This document shows positions 39,392-46,775 of a DNA stretch of 64,000 bases, in pieces. Numbering within the stretch: the first letter of the stretch is position 1; each line of letters opens with the position of its first letter. The position numbers and the translations under genes were made by a program. The DNA is from Syntrophobacterales bacterium (GTDB lineage Bacteria > Desulfobacterota > Desulfobaccia > Desulfobaccales > 0-14-0-80-60-11): positions 11,516 to 75,515 of the forward strand of contig JAILZL010000001.1 in assembly GCA_023512475.1 (NCBI GenBank). Direction: 5' to 3'. The notes under the pieces were generated by a model. The model made no database searches and was not told the origin of the DNA. It saw only the letters and a program-made list of their open reading frames with translations.

Positions 39392-39727
39392 ATGCCCTAT
39401 ATCCCTTCCGCCCACCGGCCCGCTCTGGACGAGCACCTGGATCACCTGGCCGCCGCTCTGGTCCGGGAAGCCGAAAGCCTTCCGGGGGAGGCCGCCATTG
39501 CCGGCCTGCTCAACTACGCCCTCACCCGGCTTATTCTGAAGGTGGTGCAGCTGCGCTTCGGCGCCTGGCGCTACTGGCTCATCGCCCTGGTCACCGGGGT
39601 GCTCCACAATGTGGCCGACGAGCTCTATCGCCGGCTGGCAGCCCCCTACGAGGACCTCCAGCGGCAACGCCACGGGGATGTGCCGGAGTATGCCCACTTT
39701 CTCCGGAAATCTGAGTCCTGGAAATAA
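39392..39727 (+). CDS. Conserved hypothetical protein (resembles a DUF family seen in phage/archaeal contexts)
   Basis: Start trimmed to ATG 39392 (MPYIPSAHRPALDEHL) behind GAGGT. LNYALTRL and APYED segments recalled from an uncharacterised family; the assignment is unverified. Confidence 0.55.
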   Translation: MPYIPSAHRPALDEHLDHLAAALVREAESLPGEAAIAGLLNYALTRLILKVVQLRFGAWRYWLIALVTGVLHNVADELYRRLAAPYEDLQRQRHGDVPEYAHFLRKSESWK

Positions 39728-39859
39728 TTCTTGTCCGGGAAAGCACCTTTGCCTCTGGCCCTCGGGGCCAAGGTGCATTATTGTGTGAGGGGGAAAGGCC
39801 TCCTGGCCCTTCCCGCCCCCGCCCTTCATGAAGGGGGGATTTCCCGTGCGAGGTGCAGC

Positions 39860-40294
39860 ATGAATCTGCCGGAATATGTCACCAAAGCGGAAGTGAAGCG
39901 CGTCTGCGAGGAGTTGGGCTTCCGGGACTGGTCGGCCCTCACCGAGCCGGAGGTCCTGCCGGAGGAAGCCGACAAGCTCCTGAAGCTCGTCAATGTGGAG
40001 AACATGCCCATCCGGCTGGAGGACTTCCGGGTAGGCCTGGAGGTGGAGCTGGAACACGGCACCCGCTTTCCCGATGCCAACGTCACCAACAACCACCCGG
40101 TCCTCACCGCCAAGATCGTCCTGGCGCACCTCAAGGAGACCCTGGATTATTACCAGCGCCTGGAGGTGGCGGAACTGGAGGGGGATCTTCTCAAGTATAT
40201 GCAGGCCGGCAACTTCGCCAAGGCGGCGGAAAAATACCGCGCCCTCCTGCAGGCCAAAAAGGCCCTGGCCGAGGTGGAGGCCCAGCAGCTTTAG
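39860..40294 (+). CDS. Conserved hypothetical protein
   Basis: Start trimmed to ATG 39860 (MNLPEYVTK) behind GAGGTG. VELEHG...KIVLAHLKETLDYY segment. No function recognised. Confidence 0.55.
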   Translation: MNLPEYVTKAEVKRVCEELGFRDWSALTEPEVLPEEADKLLKLVNVENMPIRLEDFRVGLEVELEHGTRFPDANVTNNHPVLTAKIVLAHLKETLDYYQRLEVAELEGDLLKYMQAGNFAKAAEKYRALLQAKKALAEVEAQQL

Positions 40295-40530
40295 CAGGCG
40301 GTTGCAAAGGGGCCGGGAGTCACAGACCCCTGCCCCCTTCCCCCACTCCCATATAGGGGATTGGGCTTCGCCGCACGGGTAAAATCGGCCTGCCTCAACC
40401 CACCAGACTGTGCGAAGGGGTGTTATGCAACCGCCTGCTGGCGTGAGGAGGGAGGCGACGGCATCAGAGGCCGGTCTCCTCAGGAAGGCCGCCTGCCTCC
40501 CTGAGGAGAACCCGGCCGTGCTGGTATGCC

Positions 40531-40872
40531 TCAATGGTGGTGGGCGCCGGGACTGTGGCCGCCGGCCGCCACATACACCGCCCGCTCCGGACCGGGGTTG
40601 GCCAAATGGCAGGTCTCCTCCCCCACCAGGTAGACGGCCTCCCCGGCCCGGAGGCGCTGCTGTCCGCCAGGGCCGCTCAGCACCACCTCCCCGGACACCA
40701 CGCAGATGATCTCTTCGTGGCCCTCCCCTGGCTTCAGGACCCGGCCGCCCTGGCCCGGTTCCAGATAGCCGAAGATCAAATAGCAGGCGTGGGTGCCCAG
40801 CTCGGCGAGGCCCAGAACGGTCTCCCCGCCCTCCTCTTGGGCCCGGTGCCACAGGTCAAAAGTTCTTTTCAT
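40531..40872 (-). CDS. Cupin-domain protein
   Basis: Start trimmed to ATG 40872 behind GGGAGGAGGA. GEGHEE..ICVVSGEV..AGEAVYL matches the two cupin motifs. Overlaps the radical SAM stop by 17 nt. Confidence 0.75.
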   Translation of the reverse strand: MKRTFDLWHRAQEEGGETVLGLAELGTHACYLIFGYLEPGQGGRVLKPGEGHEEIICVVSGEVVLSGPGGQQRLRAGEAVYLVGEETCHLANPGPERAVYVAAGGHSPGAHHH

Positions 40873-42409
40873 TCCTCCTCCCGAAGCGGGCGGGATTGAC
40901 CCCGAAGCGGGCGCACATGATGGGGTCGGGACCCAAACCCTCCCCGGCCCGGAAGCGGCAGCCGCCCCGGCAGTCCGCCACATGCTCGCAGGCCGCGCAC
41001 TCAAGCTCGCTGATGGGAGGGTGCCTGAGGCGCCGCCAGCAGACTTCCAGGCCTTCCCGGAGATGCCCCAGAGGCCGGTGGGCATAGAGGCCGCATTTGG
41101 CCACCCGGCCGTCGGGGAGGACGGCGCAGAGATGGCGGCCGCAGGTCCACCCCGGCGCGGCGCCGTGGGCCGCAGCGCCGAAGGCCAGGTCCAGATAGGG
41201 GGCCGCCAGCTCCGGTGGCACCTTCAGGTCCGGGTGCTCTGCCAGCCGACCCGACACGCAGGGCACATCCAGGCTCCACTCCCGCACCCCCAGCTCCTTG
41301 AGCCACTGACCCATCTCCTCCAGCTCGTGGAGGTTGCCGGTATGCACCATGGTGGCCACGGACACCGCCAGCCCCCGGTCCTGCACCCTCTTCAGGCCCG
41401 CCACCGCCCGCTTCCAGGTGCCGGGCCCCCGCAGGCGGTCATGGCCCTCCGCCAGGCCGTCCAGGCTCACCTGCACCTCCTGCACCCGCAATTCCCGCAC
41501 CCTCTTCGGGCTGAGCAGGGTGCCGTTGGTGAGGAGCACCGCCCGGATCTCATACTCCGGCAAGGCGGCGTTAAGGTCCCGCCACTGGGGGTACAGGAGG
41601 GGCTCCCCGCCGGAAAGGAGCACCCGGAGGCCCTGCATGTCCGTGAATTCCGTAAGCGCCGCCCGGGCCTCCGCCAGGGGCAGATCGCTGGCGCCGGCAT
41701 CCCCCAGATAGCAGTGGGCGCAGCGCAGGTTGCAGCGGTCGGTGAGCATCAGCTCCAGATACCGCAGGGAGGGCACCGGGGCGGGGCGCCAGCGCAATAT
41801 CCGGGGTGCCGGCGCCGCAGCCAGCGCCAGGAGGGATTCCTCCAGGAGATACTCCAGAAACTCCGGCTCCGCCTCCCCGGCCAGCCCCGGATTGGTGCCG
41901 TCGCAGCGCCTCAGGAAGGCGAAGGCCTCTTCATTGACCTCATAGAGCTCATCCGCCAGCCGGTCATACAGGCAGGGCAGCTCCAGGCGCTTGAGGGAGA
42001 CGTGCTCCGCCAGACGCAGGTAGGCCCGGCTGAGGGTTTCCCGGAAGAGCTCCTCCAGGGATGCCTCGGACAGCTCCCCCTGCTCCATCAGCCCGGCCAT
42101 GGCTTTCAGCCCCCCGCAGGGCGGCGCCCCGGCTTCGCCCCGGGCAAAGTCACAGCCGTGGCGGCGAAAGGCGCAGGCCCGGCAGAGAACCGCCCCGGCT
42201 GCGGCCAGCGCCGCCGGCCCCGGGCCGGGAGGAGGGACGGGGGAGGTGAGTCGGGTCCGCCACTCCGGGCGCCGGCGGCCGAGAAAGGTCGCCGCCACCG
42301 CCCCGAGGCATTTTTCCGCCTCCTCCCGGTCCGGATGGTAAAAGGCACAATGCACGGCGCAGAGCTCGGGGGTCATGGCATCAGGGCATGCGCTTTCACT
42401 TCTGGGCAT
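40856..42409 (-). CDS. Radical SAM/SPASM-domain protein with RRE(PqqD)-like segment and Cys-rich N-terminal extension; candidate peptide maturase
   Basis: CNLRCAHC (CX3CX2C) at about residues 226-233. C-terminal SPASM-type CAACEHVADCRGGC plus CGRHLC...KCG. LYEVNEEAFAFLRRCDG lies before the core. Eight Cys in the first 100 aa. The start could also be ATG 42376. Confidence 0.8.
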   Translation of the reverse strand: MPRSESACPDAMTPELCAVHCAFYHPDREEAEKCLGAVAATFLGRRRPEWRTRLTSPVPPPGPGPAALAAAGAVLCRACAFRRHGCDFARGEAGAPPCGGLKAMAGLMEQGELSEASLEELFRETLSRAYLRLAEHVSLKRLELPCLYDRLADELYEVNEEAFAFLRRCDGTNPGLAGEAEPEFLEYLLEESLLALAAAPAPRILRWRPAPVPSLRYLELMLTDRCNLRCAHCYLGDAGASDLPLAEARAALTEFTDMQGLRVLLSGGEPLLYPQWRDLNAALPEYEIRAVLLTNGTLLSPKRVRELRVQEVQVSLDGLAEGHDRLRGPGTWKRAVAGLKRVQDRGLAVSVATMVHTGNLHELEEMGQWLKELGVREWSLDVPCVSGRLAEHPDLKVPPELAAPYLDLAFGAAAHGAAPGWTCGRHLCAVLPDGRVAKCGLYAHRPLGHLREGLEVCWRRLRHPPISELECAACEHVADCRGGCRFRAGEGLGPDPIMCARFGVNPARFGRRNEKNF

Positions 42410-42424
42410 TTCCGCTTCCGCAAT

Positions 42425-42450
42425 AAAAAAGGGGACGCCGTGGCGTCCCC
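42425..42450 (-). terminator. Intrinsic terminator/attenuator between the small peptide gene and the radical SAM gene
   Basis: The minus strand reads GGGGACGC-CACG-GCGTCCCC followed by TTTTTTATT. It lies 20 nt after the peptide stop and about 15 nt before the rSAM start. Confidence 0.75.
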
Positions 42451-42470
42451 TTGGGTCGGTCAGGTGCGAC

Positions 42471-42533
42471 TTAGCAGGATTTGGCGCACTTGCACAGGCC
42501 CTGGGAGGCCTTGGCCACTTTCTTGATCTTCAT
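42471..42533 (-). CDS. 20-aa Cys-rich peptide MKIKKVAKASQGLCKCAKSC (candidate RiPP precursor or Cys-leader peptide)
   Basis: Not in the ORF track (too short). AAGGAG lies 8-9 nt upstream of ATG 42533, with TAA at 42473-42471. It has its own promoter and terminator and is adjacent to the rSAM/SPASM gene. Confidence 0.6.
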   Translation of the reverse strand: MKIKKVAKASQGLCKCAKSC

Positions 42534-42561
42534 GATCCCTCTCCTTCATGGAGTTTTTCTA

Positions 42562-42590
42562 AACATAACCGTGTGGAAGCAGCCTGTCAA
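42562..42590 (-). promoter_or_regulatory. Near-consensus sigma70-type promoter for the small peptide gene (TTGACA-17 nt-TATGTT)
   Basis: Minus strand: -35 at 42590-42585, -10 at 42567-42562, exact 17-nt spacer, about 29 nt upstream of ATG 42533. Confidence 0.55.
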
Positions 42591-42934
42591 GTTGGAATTG
42601 TGTTCAGCCATCCCCAGGGGAGCACCCGTAGGGGATTCCTGATGGGCGGCGGAGACGCTGGAGTGAGCGGCGCTGAAGCCGCCGCTCCGCAGGGAGCCGG
42701 CGGTGCCCTCGCAAAGGAACACCCACCCCACCGCCCCGTCGTCCTCACCGCCCCGGAAAACCCGCCCCCTGACAGGCAGTGGAACAACCCCTTCCCGAAA
42801 TCCGGTGGGGTGAGGCTGGCCGATCTGGTCAGTCTGGCAAAGCCAAACCCTTTTATGGGGTTGGGGAGGGCCTCGGAGGAGGGGGCAGGGGTTGGTGCGG
42901 CCCCCTTCCCCGGACAACTTATTTCAACGCCCTG

Positions 42935-43540
42935 CTAAAGCCGGATAGCAACCTGGGTCTGGGACTGGCGGGCCAGCTCCAGGAACTGGCGCAGCCGCTC
43001 CAGACTGGCCGACACCAGGCCTTTCACCTGCAGGTGGTGCTGTTTCAGATATTCCAGGTGGCGCTGCACCTCGGCCCGGAGATGGCGGACCTCATAGAGA
43101 TTGACGTCGGCCTGGAGACGCACCTGCCGGTGTTGGTCCGCCAGCCGGGTGAGGGTCTGCCATTCCTCGAGGAGGGCCTGGAAATGGATGTAAGCGGTGA
43201 TGATCTCCCGGGCCGAAGCCGGGTCCAGGGCCCCTAACAGGCGGGCGGAGTGACGAAACACGGCAAACTCCCGTCCCGCGGCCGCCCACCGCGCCCCCGG
43301 AAGGTCTTCCGGATCCTCGGCCATTTCCAGATCCTGACCCGCCAATTGCTGGTAGCGCTCCCAGGACTGGCCCAGCTCGGCCTCCAGGGCCTGGAAGAGA
43401 TTGAGGAGGGTGCGGGCCTCCCGGGCGGCCCGTTCCCGGCCCAGAACCCGGGCCGCCGCCGCCGCCACCCCCCGGCCCCCGAGGAGGGCCCCCAGGAGTC
43501 CCCCGCCAGCGGCCGCCAACAGCAGAATCACCCCGTCCAT
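42935..43540 (-). CDS. Hypothetical membrane-anchored, coiled-coil-like protein
   Basis: 201-aa ORF with an N-terminal Gly/Ala/Leu hydrophobic segment followed by a long helical, heptad-like sequence. No motif recognised. Confidence 0.5.
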   Translation of the reverse strand: MDGVILLLAAAGGGLLGALLGGRGVAAAAARVLGRERAAREARTLLNLFQALEAELGQSWERYQQLAGQDLEMAEDPEDLPGARWAAAGREFAVFRHSARLLGALDPASAREIITAYIHFQALLEEWQTLTRLADQHRQVRLQADVNLYEVRHLRAEVQRHLEYLKQHHLQVKGLVSASLERLRQFLELARQSQTQVAIRL

Positions 43541-43691
43541 GCCCTTATCTTCGGCTGCCTCGGAGAAAAGCTTTACGGGGAAGGGTCGCCGGCAGCTATG
43601 CCATGGGGGCCGGGAGGCGCTTCAGGGGGGAGGTGCGGGGGGAAAAGACGGCGCGGCTCTCCCCTTTCCCCACCCCTCCCCGTCTAGGGGA

Positions 43692-44072
43692 TCAGGTGGA
43701 GGCCCCCCGCTCCAGCAGGTCTTCCAGGAGCTTGGAGGAATAACCATAGTGCATGGAAGGAGGTTTGACCGCCGGCTCCTGGCGATTCTGCCGGGGCGGG
43801 GCCGGCTGCCGGGGCAGCTTCACCGGCTCCAGTTGCACCGGCACCGGGGATTTGTTTTTGACAAACCCGGCCCGGTAGCCGAAGATGTCGAAGACGGTGC
43901 CGTCCTGGAACCAACCCAGATGCCTGCCGTTCCAGCCGTAGAGCTTGTCCTGGTAAATATAGGCCACCGGCCGGCCGTCCCAGGTATAGATGGATTCCCC
44001 GTCTTCTGCAATATAGGCCACCGGTTTGCCGTCCCGATTGAAGAGGGTGGTGTCCATAGGGGTCATGACCAT
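43692..44072 (-). CDS. Hypothetical protein with internal beta-strand repeats (GxPVAYIxxDxxIYxWxG)
   Basis: Repeats DGKPVAYIAEDGESIYTWDG / RPVAYIYQDKLYGWNG / RHLGWFQDGTVFDIFG. Pro-rich C-terminal tail. It may belong to the '4-fold beta flower' type; this is from memory and unverified. Confidence 0.55.
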   Translation of the reverse strand: MVMTPMDTTLFNRDGKPVAYIAEDGESIYTWDGRPVAYIYQDKLYGWNGRHLGWFQDGTVFDIFGYRAGFVKNKSPVPVQLEPVKLPRQPAPPRQNRQEPAVKPPSMHYGYSSKLLEDLLERGAST

Positions 44073-44106
44073 GCGCTAAGGGGATGGCCTGGCTCCGGCC
44101 GGGAAG

Positions 44107-44544
44107 TCATTGTTGCTCCGCCAGGCGGCTGTGCTCGATTTTCATGCAGCGGTCCATGACCACCAGCATCCCGGCGTCCCGGGCCTTGGCCCCGGCGATG
44201 GGCTCCGCCAGCCCCAGCTGCATCCACACCGCCTTGGCCCCCACCTGGAGGGCCTCCTCCACCACCCCGGGAATGGCCTCCACGTTGCGGAAGATGTCCA
44301 CCACCTCCACCGGGAAGGGCACGTCCTTCAGGCTGGGATAGCAGCGCTCCCCCAGGATCTCGGAGCAGCCGGGCCTGACCGGCACGATGCGGTAGCCGTG
44401 CTCCTTAAGGTAGCGGGCCACCTGATGGCTGGGCCGGTCCGGCTGGGGGGACAGCCCCACCACCGCCACCACCCGGTAATCCGTCAGGATCCGGCGGATA
44501 ATCTCCGGGGTGCTGTGCCAGGTTTCCTGCGTGTCTGCGGCCAT
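44107..44544 (-). CDS. CoA-binding domain protein (YccU/YneT family)
   Basis: VAVVGLSPQPDRPSHQVARYL and PVRPG motifs. GGAGGAGGG RBS. Confidence 0.8.
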   Translation of the reverse strand: MAADTQETWHSTPEIIRRILTDYRVVAVVGLSPQPDRPSHQVARYLKEHGYRIVPVRPGCSEILGERCYPSLKDVPFPVEVVDIFRNVEAIPGVVEEALQVGAKAVWMQLGLAEPIAGAKARDAGMLVVMDRCMKIEHSRLAEQQ

Positions 44545-44616
44545 CTGCCCTCCTCCTGCGGCCCCGGGAGGGACGCGGGATGCCCGCCCTGGCCGGGATG
44601 GCCTTCCCGCCCCGCC

Positions 44617-45405
44617 TCAGGTGGCCGCCGGGACCGCCTCCTGGGGGGCCAGGGACAGGCTCTTGTCGTCGGAAATCTTGAAGACCATCTTGATATATTT
44701 GTAACCGAAGCGCAACAGCTCCAGATCGTCCTCCCAGATGCGCTGCTGGGTGTCGTCATCCACCTGGAAGATGGTGAGGAAACGGCTCTTGAAAATGAAG
44801 CGCCGGAACTGATCCAGGTCATACATGACCATGTAGAACAGGTCCTGCTCCCGTTCCGTGATGTCCGGCTTGCCGAAGCTGGAGCGCCTCAGCATCATGG
44901 CCTTCCATTCCCGGTTCATCTCGTCATAATAGTCCGCGCCCTGATCCTTGCGCCAGGTCTCCACATTCCACTCGTCCTGTTCCTCAAACCCCTTGCAGTG
45001 GGGCTCTCTTACCAGGAAGTAGAACTCATCCAGGCCCTCCTCGGTGATGAGCACTCCCTGGCCCACCGGGTAGTAGCGGCAGGTGGCAGGGCGGTCGCTG
45101 TACACCAGACAGCCGGTGACCGGCCGCACAAAGGGGCATTTGCCGCCGTAGCGGGGCATGTCCATGATCACCAGGGGCAGGCCGGACTGCTCATGCTCCT
45201 CCCGGCGGGTGTATCGCTCCAGGAAATCCCCGGAGTCGATGCCCAGCCGGCCTTTGAGGCGCAGGATATCGTACGGGGTCAGGATGATAGTGGTCCGGCC
45301 GCAGCATTCGGTGAAGCAGGGCACCCCCGGATGGCACTTGAAGCGGAACCGGCTCTCCGGGGTCATCTTCACCGGGCGGACCACCTTCATATTCAAATCA
45401 ACCAT
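44617..45405 (-). CDS. YkgJ-family Cys-cluster (putative Fe-S/zinc) protein
   Basis: Start trimmed to ATG 45405 (MVDLNMKVV). CHPGVPCFTECCG cluster plus CPF...C downstream. Confidence 0.7.
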   Translation of the reverse strand: MVDLNMKVVRPVKMTPESRFRFKCHPGVPCFTECCGRTTIILTPYDILRLKGRLGIDSGDFLERYTRREEHEQSGLPLVIMDMPRYGGKCPFVRPVTGCLVYSDRPATCRYYPVGQGVLITEEGLDEFYFLVREPHCKGFEEQDEWNVETWRKDQGADYYDEMNREWKAMMLRRSSFGKPDITEREQDLFYMVMYDLDQFRRFIFKSRFLTIFQVDDDTQQRIWEDDLELLRFGYKYIKMVFKISDDKSLSLAPQEAVPAAT

Positions 45406-45551
45406 GGTCGTGTTCCTCAGGTGTGACTTCTGAAGTCCGATGGGGGCAGGGCGGGCGTCCGGCCCGCAATTCCCCCCGCCGGAAAAAACCGGGCGGGTGC
45501 CCCCTGCTTGGGGATGTTTTATTGTACCGCAAAGGGGAGGAAAGCGCCCGC

Positions 45552-45590
45552 AAAAAAGGGGAGGGCACCCGCCGACGGCCGTCCCTCCCC
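45552..45590 (-). terminator. Intrinsic terminator after qmoC
   Basis: The minus strand reads GGGGAGGG-17 nt loop-CCCTCCCC followed by TTTTTTG, about 60 nt after the qmoC stop. Confidence 0.5.
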
Positions 45591-45650
45591 CATCCGTCAC
45601 CTGTCGCCGGGGCCTCACCTCCGGCCCCGGCCAGGAGCGTTATCCCTGCC

Positions 45651-46763
45651 TTAAAACCCGCGGCCCGACATGCGGGCGTACAGCATGGCCACGGTGCGGT
45701 AGACCAGGTGCGCCAGCTTGGTGTAGGGCGCAAAGAAGAACAGAATGAACACGCTGGTCAGGTGCAGGAAATACACCGGATAGGCCAGCGAGGCGATTCC
45801 CAGCAGCCGAAACAGCCAGGAGCCCGCGCCGGTGATCCCCACCGCCGCCACGATGTAGATGAGCTGCCAGTCAAAGTAGGTGCCAAAGCCCGCTTTGTCG
45901 GCGTTGGCCTGCCGGGCCACGATGATCTGGTAGATGCCGTAGATCAAAAGCGCCGTGCCCAACAGGGCCAACATCTTGAAGGGGCTGAAGAAGGGATAGG
46001 GCCCCGGCCAATGGAAGACCCATTCCCGGACAAAGGCCCAGGCCGTCACCAGCCCCAGGGTGATGAAGCCGAACACCACCAGGAGGTGGTTGAGGCTGCG
46101 GGCGTAGGTGGTTTCACATTTCTTGAAGCGGTTGTGCAGCAGGATGTCCTGCAGCACCGGGATCAGGTTGGCCAGGACGCTCCCCTGCAGTTTCACCGCC
46201 CAGGGGCTGGTATTGATGTCCCGCCAGTAGCGCATCACTCCCTGGGCCAGGACCGCCACGGCAAAAGCCGCCGCGCCCATGAAGATGATATCCACCATCC
46301 ACCAGGGGAACATTTTGGAAAACACGATGGTCCCCTCGGGGATGGCCAGGCGGCCGGTGACCTTCAGGGCGGCGAGCAGGAGCAGCACCGGAAAGGCGAT
46401 GAGCAGGGGCAGGAAGCGGAGGTCCCCCACCATGCGGGCCAGCTGCGGCGGGATAGCATAATTCTCGATGCACATCTGCCGCAGTACCCCCAGCACCTCC
46501 CCGGGCTTGGCACCCCGGGGGCAGTGCACCGTGCAGTCACTGCACTGGTGGCACAGCCAGATGTCCGGGCTCTTGATGACCTCTTTCAGACCCCACTGGG
46601 CCTGGAGCATCTCCTTCCGGGGGAAGGGGTGGTTTTCCGGGGTCAGATTGCAGACCACGCAACAGGTGTCGCACTGGTAGCATTTCTTGGCGTCCTGCCC
46701 CCCGGCGGCCATGATCCGCTGGACGAACTTCAGATCCGGTTTGATGAGGATTTCGTCAGCCAT
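45651..46763 (-). CDS. qmoC: Quinone-interacting membrane-bound oxidoreductase subunit C (HdrC-like Fe-S domain fused to HdrE-like membrane domain)
   Basis: N-terminal CYQCDTCCVVC and CHQCSDCTVHCP cluster motifs followed by about 6 TM helices. Located after qmoAB. Confidence 0.9.
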   Translation of the reverse strand: MADEILIKPDLKFVQRIMAAGGQDAKKCYQCDTCCVVCNLTPENHPFPRKEMLQAQWGLKEVIKSPDIWLCHQCSDCTVHCPRGAKPGEVLGVLRQMCIENYAIPPQLARMVGDLRFLPLLIAFPVLLLLAALKVTGRLAIPEGTIVFSKMFPWWMVDIIFMGAAAFAVAVLAQGVMRYWRDINTSPWAVKLQGSVLANLIPVLQDILLHNRFKKCETTYARSLNHLLVVFGFITLGLVTAWAFVREWVFHWPGPYPFFSPFKMLALLGTALLIYGIYQIIVARQANADKAGFGTYFDWQLIYIVAAVGITGAGSWLFRLLGIASLAYPVYFLHLTSVFILFFFAPYTKLAHLVYRTVAMLYARMSGRGF

Positions 46764-46775
46764 GGATCATACCTC

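Noticed and set aside
40793-42526. 577-aa plus-strand ORF across the radical SAM gene and the small peptide gene.
   Set aside because: Antisense shadow (Pro/Gly/Arg/Gln-rich). The minus-strand frame carries the CX3CX2C and SPASM motifs.
42460-42549. Alternative 29-codon frame starting at ATG 42549 (MKERDHEDQESGQGLPGPVQVRQILLSRT), overlapping the 20-aa peptide ORF.
   Set aside because: It has no Shine-Dalgarno sequence, its ATG lies inside the SD region of the other frame, and the predicted transcription start (about 42555) leaves almost no leader.
42546-42917. 123-aa minus-strand ORF upstream of the peptide gene.
   Set aside because: It runs through the predicted promoter, has Gly/Pro/Arg-rich composition, and has no RBS or motif.
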